DNA of 64,000 bases from an uncultured Hormoscilla sp. (GTDB taxonomy: Bacteria > Cyanobacteriota > Cyanobacteriia > Cyanobacteriales > Desertifilaceae), in assembly GCA_963921275.4 (NCBI GenBank), contig OZ001293.3:5792001-5856000 (forward strand). Direction: 5' to 3'. The notes below the pieces were generated by a model, which had not been told where the DNA came from, did no database searches, and saw only the letters and a program-made list of their open reading frames with translations. Of this stretch, positions 53,988-62,938 are shown in pieces (position 1 is the first letter of the stretch; each line of letters opens with the position of its first letter). The position numbers and the translations under genes are program-made.

Positions 53988-54317
53988 GTGACAACCGAAT
54001 TTTTCTGCCCCTATCTTGACAGTGAAGTCGAACTGACATATGAGCGAGAACTGCACATTATTAACAGGCATCCTAATTTGGGGAAAGTCTACCAAGATAG
54101 AATTGCTGAAACCTTGGCTGACCCCGATGAGGTTCGCTGCGACGTGCGTTTTGAAGATACGCTCTTATTCTCGCGGTGGTATGCTACGATTAAGAAAGGT
54201 AGATATGTTGTAGTAGCAGTAGTTACTGATACCGTTCCCGAAGAGCGCAATTGGATCGTGACAGCCTACCTAACAAGAAGAGTAACCCAAGGAGAACTGA
54301 TATGGACGAAAAATTAA
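53988..54317 (+). CDS. Putative RelE-like toxin paired with DUF2283
   Basis: LTYERELHI..RHP...IAETL.DPD...IVTAY; overlaps the DUF2283 gene. Confidence 0.55.
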   Translation: MTTEFFCPYLDSEVELTYERELHIINRHPNLGKVYQDRIAETLADPDEVRCDVRFEDTLLFSRWYATIKKGRYVVVAVVTDTVPEERNWIVTAYLTRRVTQGELIWTKN

Positions 54318-54535
54318 CCTTTGAATATGACAGTGAGGGTGACATCCTCTATATTGACAAGTGCCCCCCATACCCAGAGCAAGAATCGGAAGAACTTGAT
54401 TATGGGGTAATTGCTCGTCTGAATCCTGAGACAGAGAAAATTGAGAATCTGGAAGTGCTATTCTTTTCTAAACGGCTGTTAGAGAAAAAATGGTTCGATC
54501 TGCCCATTGTAGCAGATTTACGTATGACAGCATAA
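54302..54535 (+). CDS. DUF2283-family protein
   Basis: LTFEYDSEGDILYIDKCPPY...IENLEVLFFS. Confidence 0.7.
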   Translation: MDEKLTFEYDSEGDILYIDKCPPYPEQESEELDYGVIARLNPETEKIENLEVLFFSKRLLEKKWFDLPIVADLRMTA

Positions 54536-54594
54536 CCAAAGTGGGGCAAGGAGCGATCGCCCGTCTGATCGCTTGCAGCAAGCAGCCCACGGCC

Positions 54595-55856
54595 CCCGAA
54601 CTTTACAATCCTAACACGGATGAGTTTCTCTGGCGCAAGGAAGCACCCGAGTTATCGAGACAGCTTGGGGATTTTATCGATAAGTTAATGGCACGTTCTG
54701 CTAGGAAGCGTCCGGCCAATACTGGGGTAATTTTACAAGAGTTAGAAAGTCTGCAACGCCAACTGTATCCGCCTAAAGTTCGCAAACTGTCACAACCGTC
54801 TGGGAAGGGCCCATTACCCGGTTCCCCACGGAAAACCCTGCGAGGGTTTCTCAAGGTAACGGCAGGTCTAGCAGGTGGAGGACTGGTGACGGCAGTTGTC
54901 GGTCATCAAATATGGCGTAATCGTTTGCCTTCTGATATTATAAAACCAGATGTTCCTACACCTATTGTCGATCCTCCGTCCGAACCAGATGTTTCTACAC
55001 CTATTGTCGATCCTCCGCCCGAACCAGATGTTTCTACACCTATTGTCGATCCTCCGCCCGAACCAGATGTTTCTACACCTATTGTCGATCCTCCGCCCGA
55101 ACCAAAACCATCTCTGCTTAAGTTTAGCTTTTACGTGGTAACGGTAAACTCCCGAGGTCGAGAAATCGATCGTCAGCACCTGCAAGCAGAATATTTTCAG
55201 CAAAGCTTGGGCAATGGGGTAACATTAGATATGGTATCTATTCCGGGGGGCACATTTATGATGGGTTCCCCGTGACTCAGGCCCAGTGGCAAGCGGTAAT
55301 GAATTATAATCATTCGCGTTCGAAGGGCGAGAATCTGCCTGTAGAAAATGTATGGTGGAAGCGTGCGGTAGAATTCTGTCAGCGCTTGTCTCGCCAGACG
55401 GGACGTGACTACAGACTCCCCAGCGAGGCAGAATGGGAATATGCCTGTCGCGCTGGCACCACGACTCCCTTCCACTTTGGCGAGACCATCACTAAAGATT
55501 TGGCGAACTACGGTGGTGGCTACGATTTTGCAGGCTACCGTCGAGGGGGAACAACTCCCGTCGGCAGTTTTGGGGTAGCGAATGCTTTTGGATTGTACGA
55601 CATGCATGGAAATGTTTTGGAATGGTGTGCCGACCCTTAGCATAAAAATTATCAGGGTGCGCCTGCTGATGGCAGGGTTTGGGAGTCTGGTGGCGATGGT
55701 TTATACCGGATGCTGCGCGGCGGCCGCTGGAGCAGCAATGCCTGGAACCTCGATCCCAGGACTTGTCGTAGCGCCAACCGCTTCAGAGATTACTCGGGCT
55801 CCTGGCCAGCAGATCACTTCCACGGTTTGCGTGTAGTTTGCGTGTTTTCCCGGTGA
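54595..55856 (+). pseudogene. Ser/Thr kinase C-terminal remnant, Pro-rich linker and FGE-sulfatase/CLec domain
   Basis: [36 protein letters not shown] (internal deletion with frameshift); [32 protein letters not shown] at 55638; LRGG.W...CRSA.R...GLRVVC. Confidence 0.85.
54946..55101 (+). repeat. Four 39-bp coding repeats (PDVSTPIVDPPPE)
   Basis: Near-identical tandem units. Confidence 0.9.
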
Positions 55857-55903
55857 GGACTCCTTAACCCCTTGGCTCTTTTGCCCTCTTGCCCTTTTCT
55901 CTC

Positions 55904-55920
55904 ATCGCGCTCCGCGCGAT
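55904..55920. other. GC-rich hairpin, candidate DGR homing hairpin
   Basis: ATCGCGC-TCC-GCGCGAT (GGA loop on the minus strand), about 50 bp after the CLec stop and following a pyrimidine tract. Confidence 0.55.
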
Positions 55921-55970
55921 CGAAATTTTTTTGTAATTTAGGGTAATCTTATAGATTACCTATAATACAA

Positions 55971-56100
55971 AGTTTAAACCCCAACGGAGAGGTTTAAAAC
56001 CCCAACGGAGAGGTTTAAAACCCCAACGGAGAGGTTTAAAACCCCAACGGAGAGGTTTAAAACCCCAACGGAGAGGTTTAAAACCCCAACGGAGAGGTTT
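55971..56100. repeat. 21-bp tandem repeat GGTTTAAAACCCCAACGGAGA, about six units
   Basis: Contiguous units, no spacers. Confidence 0.9.
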
Positions 56101-56489
56101 TGGACCCGAACAGTGGGGCACGGGTTTGCATCTGGTAGGTGCCAGTTGCGGTGGCGACGCAAACATGAGATGCACCTATGTGATGTGAATTTATTGCCAA
56201 GGGAAGATCGCCCATGTTAAACGGGTGTGGTCAAAACCCGGAAGCCAAGCCCGGAAGCCAAGCCCGTTCCCAGGGTCTACCTGGGAACGAGGGGCCCGGC
56301 TACTAGAACTTAGCCCACGCTCCGGGCCCCCTCCTCTCGCAGCGTAGGGGGCCCGGAGCGTGGAAGGGGCCTGGAGCGTGCAGGGGCTATACACATGGGG
56401 TGTGGCAGTTCGTAGTAAACACTTCAGTGTTTCTCCAGTTCGTAGTAAACACTTCAGTGTTTCTCCAGAGTGCGATGGCTATCCTAGAT

Positions 56490-57004
56490 ATAGACGAAAA
56501 ATTAACCTTTGAATATGACCGTGAGGGTGACATCCTCTATATTAACAAGTGCCCGCCATACCCAGAGCAAAAATCGGAAGAACTTGAGTATACTGATTGG
56601 GAGATGAGAAAAGGGGTCAGTTGGCGGCGAAGAACAACAAGCTCATTCCGCAGGACTTCATTTTCCGCTGCCAGCACTTGAATGCTTTGGGTGACGGCCA
56701 ATAATTCTGCTAATGCACCGTCAACTTGCTCTCGCAGTTTCGTTAATGTTTCTGTAGGCGCGGCCAACTCCAACATGGTACTCTCTTGGAGATCTTGGCG
56801 AGCATACCACTGTTCTAACTGCGCTAGTTCTGCATCAGACAGCACCTCGCCTCGCGTGGCTTTATCGTGCAACGATTTGCCCCGATCATCAGTAATCATG
56901 GTTTCTTTGCTACTCTTGGGGTTATCTGTTCTATTCTCTCCGATATTCCCGTAATGGGACGAGCGGCGAATCTGGAAGTGCTATTCTTTTCTCAACGGCT
57001 GTTA
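56490..57004 (+). pseudogene. Second DUF2283 copy with ATA start, split by a ~375-bp insert
   Basis: 56490-56592 and 56968-57004 match the start and later part of 54302-54535. Confidence 0.75.
56537..56899 (-). CDS. Hypothetical coiled-coil protein; native 3' end probably lost
   Basis: LHDKATRGEVLS..E..QLEQWY, then heptad pattern; last codons read through the DUF2283 antisense. Confidence 0.5.
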   Translation of the reverse strand: MITDDRGKSLHDKATRGEVLSDAELAQLEQWYARQDLQESTMLELAAPTETLTKLREQVDGALAELLAVTQSIQVLAAENEVLRNELVVLRRQLTPFLISQSVYSSSSDFCSGYGGHLLI

Positions 57005-57063
57005 TAGTAAAAGTGGGCAGCAAAAGAATGTTATCATGTTAAATGCGATCGGGAGGAAAAAAA

Positions 57064-57348
57064 ATGAGTCAGGAAAAAAAGAGGCAAATTACCATCGAAA
57101 TACCAGAAAATGTAGCGTGCTACATCGAAGAAGAATGGGGCAATATCGAACAGCGAACCCTGGAAGCACTCGCAGTGGAAGGTTATCGCGCTGGCATCTT
57201 GACTGCGGGACAGGTGCGGTGGATGCTAAACTTGTCTTGCCGCTATGAAGTAGATAAGTTTCTCAAGGAAAGAGAAGTCTATCTGCGCTATACCGAGGCT
57301 GATCTAGAGCAAGATATCCAGATGAGTCGCAAAATAAGAACTTTATGA
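57064..57348 (+). CDS. UPF0175-family antitoxin-like protein
   Basis: LEALAVEGYRAGILTAGQVRWML....RYEVDKFLK; coupled to the DUF3368 gene. Confidence 0.8.
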   Translation: MSQEKKRQITIEIPENVACYIEEEWGNIEQRTLEALAVEGYRAGILTAGQVRWMLNLSCRYEVDKFLKEREVYLRYTEADLEQDIQMSRKIRTL

Positions 57349-57827
57349 CTGTTGTATCCAATACTTCACCAATTTGTTACCTGTTGCTCATTAATGAGAT
57401 TGATGTGTTACCGCAGTTGTACGGTCAGGTAATTATCCCCCAAGCCGTGTACAATGAACTAAGAGCATCAGGATCGCCACTGGTATTGCAAAACTGGATA
57501 GCACAACCTCCCGACTGGCTGAAAATCAGATCGGTAACAACTCAACCAGATACAGAACTAGAACAAATAGACATAGGTGAACGCGAGGCGATTTTGCTAG
57601 CAGAGCAATTGGGAATTTCTGCAATTTTATTGGATGATAAGGCAGCACGACGGATCGCAATCATACGAGGCTTGAATGTAACTGGCGTGCTTGGCATTTT
57701 GGGTGATGCAGCGACAATGGGTTTCCTCGATCTACCGGCTGCTATTGAACGTCTGCGACAAACAGGAGTTCTGGTTTCTTCCAGTCTGATACAATCGCTT
57801 TTGGAACGACATCAGAATAATAGTTGA
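57345..57827 (+). CDS. DUF3368 PIN-like protein
   Basis: VVSNTSPI.YL, IPQAVYNEL, DIGEREAI.LA, LLDDKAAR, GVLGIL. Confidence 0.85.
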   Translation: MTVVSNTSPICYLLLINEIDVLPQLYGQVIIPQAVYNELRASGSPLVLQNWIAQPPDWLKIRSVTTQPDTELEQIDIGEREAILLAEQLGISAILLDDKAARRIAIIRGLNVTGVLGILGDAATMGFLDLPAAIERLRQTGVLVSSSLIQSLLERHQNNS

Positions 57828-58049
57828 GTAGGGCGAGTAAAAGGCGATCGCCTGTCCGGACTATTGTTATACTCATATTTTGCTAATAACTGTCCTACCC
57901 TTGTCGCACAAAATGTTTGTATAGCATATTTGTAATACAGATTGTCGTGCGCAATATGGGGTTGAACACTTGACATTGTCTCGCGATCGGATATAGAATA
58001 GTAATGACTAAGGTTTCAGCAAGAGATAGAAACAAGGAGGTATGACGGG

Positions 58050-58556
58050 ATGGCTGAGACAACGGCAAAGGCGGTAGCAGATTATATTATACACTTCTCC
58101 CAGGACCACGGTGACTTGGTTACCAACCTGAAACTGCAAAAACTGGTATACTATGCTCAGGCATGGTATCTGGCTCTGTATGACAAACCTCTGTTTGATG
58201 AAGAGTTACAAGCTTGGATCAGCGGACCGGTGCAACCAGAACTGTACGATCGCTTTAAGAGTTACAAGTGGAACCCGATTAGCGAACATCCAGAAAAGGT
58301 AGAATTGCCAGAACAGATAAAAGACCATCTGATAGAAATAATTGAGGTATTTGGAAAATACCAGGCTTATTACCTGGAAAGGATGGTTAAAGGCGAAGAC
58401 CCCTGGCTGAAAGCGCGTCGTGGAATCCCCAGGGACGAACACGCCACAGTGGCGATCGAGAAACAGGACATGCAAACATATTATAAGACTTTGCTTGAAG
58501 ATGACGACGAAGAAGAACAAGAGGGTCAAAACTCGGAGTACGCCAAGGTCGGGTGA
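58050..58556 (+). CDS. Panacea (DUF4065/SocA) antitoxin, second copy
   Basis: VTNLKLQKLVYYAQAW, QAWISGPV, EDPWLKAR. Confidence 0.88.
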   Translation: MAETTAKAVADYIIHFSQDHGDLVTNLKLQKLVYYAQAWYLALYDKPLFDEELQAWISGPVQPELYDRFKSYKWNPISEHPEKVELPEQIKDHLIEIIEVFGKYQAYYLERMVKGEDPWLKARRGIPRDEHATVAIEKQDMQTYYKTLLEDDDEEEQEGQNSEYAKVG

Positions 58557-58935
58557 TATTCTTGAAAGAAAGCGCGAAAATGAAGAGGTGATTTTTCCCT
58601 TCAAATTTCTGGACTTATTCAGCAACCCCAAGTTTAGAGTTGCGGGGTGCGGTGAAAGTTATCTGGAAAAAATATTGTTGCGTCTAAAAGATGTATCAAG
58701 TATCAGATACGATGATTTTGTTGGTAGTCGTTCCTCTTCCTTGCGAACTCACGAAATAACTTGGTCAGACACGACAGAACCCAATGGATTTACCTGTCTA
58801 AATGCTTATCTGAGAGAACAGACGGCGTTTCAATTTGAAATCTCGGCTAATGAATATGGGAGAGTACACGGGTTTCTGCACAACAGGGTTTTCTATATAG
58901 TCTGGCTAGACCCGCATCATAATTTGTACTCATAA
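58501..58935 (+). CDS. Putative toxin of the second Panacea module
   Basis: Overlaps the Panacea 3' end; C-terminus GRVHGF...FYIVWLDPHH resembles that of 45127-45862. Confidence 0.7.
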   Translation: MTTKKNKRVKTRSTPRSGDILERKRENEEVIFPFKFLDLFSNPKFRVAGCGESYLEKILLRLKDVSSIRYDDFVGSRSSSLRTHEITWSDTTEPNGFTCLNAYLREQTAFQFEISANEYGRVHGFLHNRVFYIVWLDPHHNLYS

Positions 58936-58992
58936 GTGACGGGCAGGCAATTTTTACCGTAAACGAATGTGATCGCACCAGTAGGGAAAACC

Positions 58993-59301
58993 ATGAGTCA
59001 GGAGAAAAAGAGGCAAATCACCATCGAAATCCCCGAAAAAGTGGCGTGCTACATCGAAGCAGAATGGGGTAATATCGAACAGCGCCCGCGCAGCGTGCGC
59101 GCAGCGCATACCTTGGAAGCACTCGCGGTGGAAGGTTATCGCGCTGGCATCATGACTGCGGGACAGGTGCGGTGGATGCTAAACTTATCTTGTCGCTATG
59201 CAGTAGATAGGTTTCTCAAGGAAAGAGAAGTCTATCTGCGCTATACCGAGGCTGACCTAGAGCAAGATATCCAGACGAGTCGCACAATGAGAACAAAATG
59301 A
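58993..59301 (+). CDS. UPF0175-family paralogue with 8-aa in-frame insertion
   Basis: Near-identical to 57064-57348 plus PRSVRAAH. Confidence 0.75.
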   Translation: MSQEKKRQITIEIPEKVACYIEAEWGNIEQRPRSVRAAHTLEALAVEGYRAGIMTAGQVRWMLNLSCRYAVDRFLKEREVYLRYTEADLEQDIQTSRTMRTK

Positions 59302-59504
59302 CTATCGGGATTTTTGAGGCTCTGCCTCGGAGAGATTACCTCGTTTATCCTCTAGCAATCACATGCACCAAGCATGTCAACTGACTATATAATAGGGGAG
59401 GCAGAGCCTCGGGAACCAAGGTTTCCAAGGCTCTGCCTCGCGGAACCAGAAAATCAGATAAAATTCACAATTGACAATTCACAATTGACAATTCACCATT
59501 CCCT

Positions 59505-60767
59505 ATGATCAAAATTCTCCACCTATCAGATATTCACCTGGGTAGCGGTTTTTCCCACGGCAAGATTAACCCCGAAACAGGTCGCAATAGCAGGTTTGAT
59601 GATTTCGTCCATACCCTGTCCCTGTGCATCGATCGGGCCCTAGCAGAACCAGTAGATATAGTCTTATTCGGGGGGGATGCATTCCCCAATGCCACGCCAG
59701 CGCCTTACATCCAGTCCGCCTTTGCCAATCAGTTTTACCGCTTAGTTAAAGCTAACATTCCCACAGTGTTGCTAGTGGGAAATCACGACCAACATACTCA
59801 CGGTCAGGGTGGGGCAAGTCTATGTATCTATCGTACCTTGGGAGTGCCTGGATTTGTCGTGGGCGATCGCATCGCCACCCACCGCCTTCTCACTCGTAAC
59901 GGTCCCATACAGGTGATTACCCTACCCTGGTTAACTCGCGCGAGTTTACTCGCCAGTCCCAAAACCGAAAAACTATCTCTGTCAGAAGTCAATCATTTAT
60001 TGCTCGATCGCCTAGAGGCTATCTTAGAAGCAGAGACCCGCTGCCTCGACCCCAACATGCCTACGGTTTTGCTGGGACACTTAATGGTAGATAATGCTCG
60101 GTATGGAGCCGAACGCTTCCTAGCTGTCGGAAAAGGCTTCACAGTGCCCCTCTCCTTCCTGACACGTGAGAGTTTTGACTATGTCGCCTTGGGACATGTC
60201 CACAAACACCAGATACTTTGCCAAGATCCTCCTGTTGTCTACCCAGGTAGTATCGAACGAATTGACTTCAGCGAGGAAAAAGAAGAAAAAGGTTTTATGT
60301 TAGTGGACTTAGCAAAAGATCAGGCCCAGCTAGAGTTCTGTCCCCTATCAGTGCGTGACTTTAGGACCATCAAAGTCAATATTTCCACCGCAGAAGATCC
60401 CCAAGTAGCTTTAGTCAAAGCCATTAAGAAAAAACAGATCGCAGATGCAGTAGTGCGCCTCAGCTACCAGGTGCGATCGGACCAGCTAGACTCGATCGAT
60501 AACCAAGCATTGCACGCATGTCTGAGTACCGCCCACAGTTATAGTATCCAACCCGAAGTCGTCACCAAAATATCCCGTGCCCGCTTACCCGAACTAGGCG
60601 TCGGTAGCGGAATTGACCCCATAGAAGCATTAAAAACATATTTGGATAACCGAGAAGACCTCAAAGATATCGCCCCGGAAATGATCGCCGCCGCTGAGGA
60701 ACTACTCGCAGGGGATCTTCGGCAATCTTCTCCAGACCCCCAACCCACCCAGCTGAGTTTACTTTAA
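59505..60767 (+). CDS. sbcD: Exonuclease SbcCD subunit D
   Basis: HLSDIHLG, GGDAF, GNHD, YVALGHVH, YPGSIERIDFSE. Confidence 0.93.
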   Translation: MIKILHLSDIHLGSGFSHGKINPETGRNSRFDDFVHTLSLCIDRALAEPVDIVLFGGDAFPNATPAPYIQSAFANQFYRLVKANIPTVLLVGNHDQHTHGQGGASLCIYRTLGVPGFVVGDRIATHRLLTRNGPIQVITLPWLTRASLLASPKTEKLSLSEVNHLLLDRLEAILEAETRCLDPNMPTVLLGHLMVDNARYGAERFLAVGKGFTVPLSFLTRESFDYVALGHVHKHQILCQDPPVVYPGSIERIDFSEEKEEKGFMLVDLAKDQAQLEFCPLSVRDFRTIKVNISTAEDPQVALVKAIKKKQIADAVVRLSYQVRSDQLDSIDNQALHACLSTAHSYSIQPEVVTKISRARLPELGVGSGIDPIEALKTYLDNREDLKDIAPEMIAAAEELLAGDLRQSSPDPQPTQLSLL

Positions 60768-60790
60768 TTGTCAGTTTTCATTCACAATTG

Positions 60791-61213
60791 TCAATTGACA
60801 ATTGTCAATTTTTTCAGCTTTTTTCGCACTTGTTTTCGTGCATAATTCGGTTGGATATTCAATTCCAACGCCTTCTGATAGGAAGTTTTCACCTCTTTTT
60901 TTCTTCCCAGTTTTGCCAATACATCCCCTCGGTTCGCCCAAAGATAAGGATCTTGCGGTGTCTGGAGCGTACCGCGTCCTTCAGGACAAGAGTACGCGGA
61001 AGACGCCGCTTTGCTTAGCCACCACCGCCGGAACCCGTTCCCAGGCGGGAGCCTCTTAACGAGGGGGCCGTGTCTCCGCCGTGTCTCCCGGGGCGAGGCG
61101 TCTCCCGGGAGACGCCTCGCGCTAGTCGCACAAAATACGAGTGTACCTGAAAAAATCGGTGGTCCAATCTTGCCAGCTAAATCTATCAAAAACCTTTGGT
61201 ACTTACGGGGCAT
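60791..61213 (-). pseudogene. TPR protein remnant loaded with GC-rich repeat insertions
   Basis: C-terminal PQDPYLWANRGDVLAKLGR..E...SYQKALEL; 60960-61130 consists of palindromic repeats. Confidence 0.5.
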
Positions 61214-61269
61214 ATCCGCATCCTAGAGAAATTTCACACAGATTTATTATAGCAGCTCCTCATCGCTAA

Positions 61270-62754
61270 TTAATTCAAAGGTAGGAAAATGGTTAATTCC
61301 TGACCTTGTTGGGGACGCTGACGGACGATCAGTTTACCCCCGATCGCCTGAAACAGATTTTTGGTCGCGCTAATATTAAGGCTGAGGTTACCAGTTTCCG
61401 GTTGGAACATCAGCAGTTGACCCAGACATTTGAGAGTGGGTTTAGTTGTATCTGTCTTTTTATCAGTTACCCTACCTTGGCACTGGAGTTGCAACTTCAG
61501 CTGGTTGCCAGCTGGCATCACTTTCACTTGCACGTGACTGCCGGTTGGCAGGGTACTGGTGAAGTTTTCGATCGCCCCTGTCAGCACCTGATCCAGCATC
61601 GTCGGGTCACTGACCACCACTGGCATTGTTTGAGGTAGGGCCACATCCAGAGTCACATTCCTCCGACAGGCTTGCTTTTGCCAACGGGGAATGCTATTAT
61701 CCAATACTTTTGATAGTTCTGTCGCCGTCAGATGCACTTTGGCGGGTGATTTCTCCAATTCTACAGCTCGGAAAATTAAACCAAACCGATCGATTTGTTC
61801 AGTACATTCGCGGTCGATCGCTTGTATTCTTTTCATTACCTTTTCCGGTAAGTCGCGACGCTTGAGCAACAGTCGCGTGAAAGTGCGAATGGTGGTTAAA
61901 GGAGTTTTCACTTCATGGGCGATCGCCTGTAACAATTCTACATCTTTTGGATGTTGTCCCGGATCCTGGGGAATTTCCCGGGGTGAGGGCTGGTGACAAT
62001 TGACTGTCGTGTGGCGATGCGCAGTGCGAATAGCGCGCGCATCGCACATCGAAAGGGAAGAAACTGTCCGTTGAGTAGCTTCCCGGCGCGATTGCTGGAC
62101 AAATTGACGATCTTGTGGTAAGTAATTAAGGATAAGTTGGCTAAACTGCATCACAGTTTTGTAATCGGGAGCTCTAGGAGAAAACTGCTGATAGTAAGTA
62201 TCCAGCTGGTAGCGTTGCTCGGCATTGCCTGTCAGGAAAACGCGCGATCGCAGTTCGTTCCATGCCATCTTGACCACATCTGGGTCAAAGGAAAATTGGA
62301 ACCGCCCTGTCCGGGTTGCACCTAAAACCATCACCAAACTAAAGCTAGCAGTTAAAACCAAACAAAATGCCTCAGTTCTGAGGGGGTCATTGGGTAGCAG
62401 GGGAAAAATTACCGTAGGACAGGCGTCTTTTCTGTCCTTGTCTGGGGCGAGTAATGCAGCGGGAGGTAGCTGAGGGGAATTACTGAAAGTATCCGAGGTA
62501 AACAGCCAAGTGGCAAACTCTTTCCCTGTCAAAGCTGGGTGAGACAACCATGGTATTGGTCCAGAAAGAACTATTCCCGACCCTTCCCCTTGCAAGAGGA
62601 CGCCCAAAGCTCCGTGAGCCCCACGCCAAGACCGTTCTGCCCTTTCGCGGTCCCCGGCGTGATATCTATCTGCCGAGGAAGGAAATGCGGTCTCAGGAGC
62701 CCGATCGCAGTGCTCGAAAACTTCACTTAAGCTTGGCAAGATCCATTGATGCAT
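61270..62754 (-). CDS. Cyanobacterial histidine kinase with atypical ATPase domain (Hik34-like)
   Basis: AHEVKTPLTTIRTFTRLLLKR, FQPETGNLSL; canonical G boxes not seen. Hik34 assignment is from recall. Confidence 0.75.
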   Translation of the reverse strand: MHQWILPSLSEVFEHCDRAPETAFPSSADRYHAGDRERAERSWRGAHGALGVLLQGEGSGIVLSGPIPWLSHPALTGKEFATWLFTSDTFSNSPQLPPAALLAPDKDRKDACPTVIFPLLPNDPLRTEAFCLVLTASFSLVMVLGATRTGRFQFSFDPDVVKMAWNELRSRVFLTGNAEQRYQLDTYYQQFSPRAPDYKTVMQFSQLILNYLPQDRQFVQQSRREATQRTVSSLSMCDARAIRTAHRHTTVNCHQPSPREIPQDPGQHPKDVELLQAIAHEVKTPLTTIRTFTRLLLKRRDLPEKVMKRIQAIDRECTEQIDRFGLIFRAVELEKSPAKVHLTATELSKVLDNSIPRWQKQACRRNVTLDVALPQTMPVVVSDPTMLDQVLTGAIENFTSTLPTGSHVQVKVMPAGNQLKLQLQCQGRVTDKKTDTTKPTLKCLGQLLMFQPETGNLSLNISATKNLFQAIGGKLIVRQRPQQGQELTIFLPLN

Positions 62755-62938
62755 AACTATTTAATCCTACAAAAACTAGCAACTTGTCATCTTTATATAT
62801 GAGAGTATAGGTATTAACCAAAGATTCCTAGCAGTGTAACCGAACCTGGCAGGCGGGAAAACCCGGCATTATTGGCCTTGACAGTCGGATGAGCAGAAAA
62901 CTGCTAAAATAAAGACAGTTTTATTACCTCGGTTGCAT

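Noticed and set aside
55971..56100. CRISPR array or real ORFs (FKPLRWG / LNLSVGV repeats)
   Set aside because: Pure 21-bp tandem repeat without spacers; the ORFs are by-products of the repeat.
56130..56180. IS200/IS605 tnpA gene
   Set aside because: Only about 14 codons (VHLMFASPPQLAPT) resemble TnpA, too short to support a call.
54490..57000. Complete DGR cassette
   Set aside because: No reverse transcriptase, Avd or AAC-rich template repeat is visible in the window.
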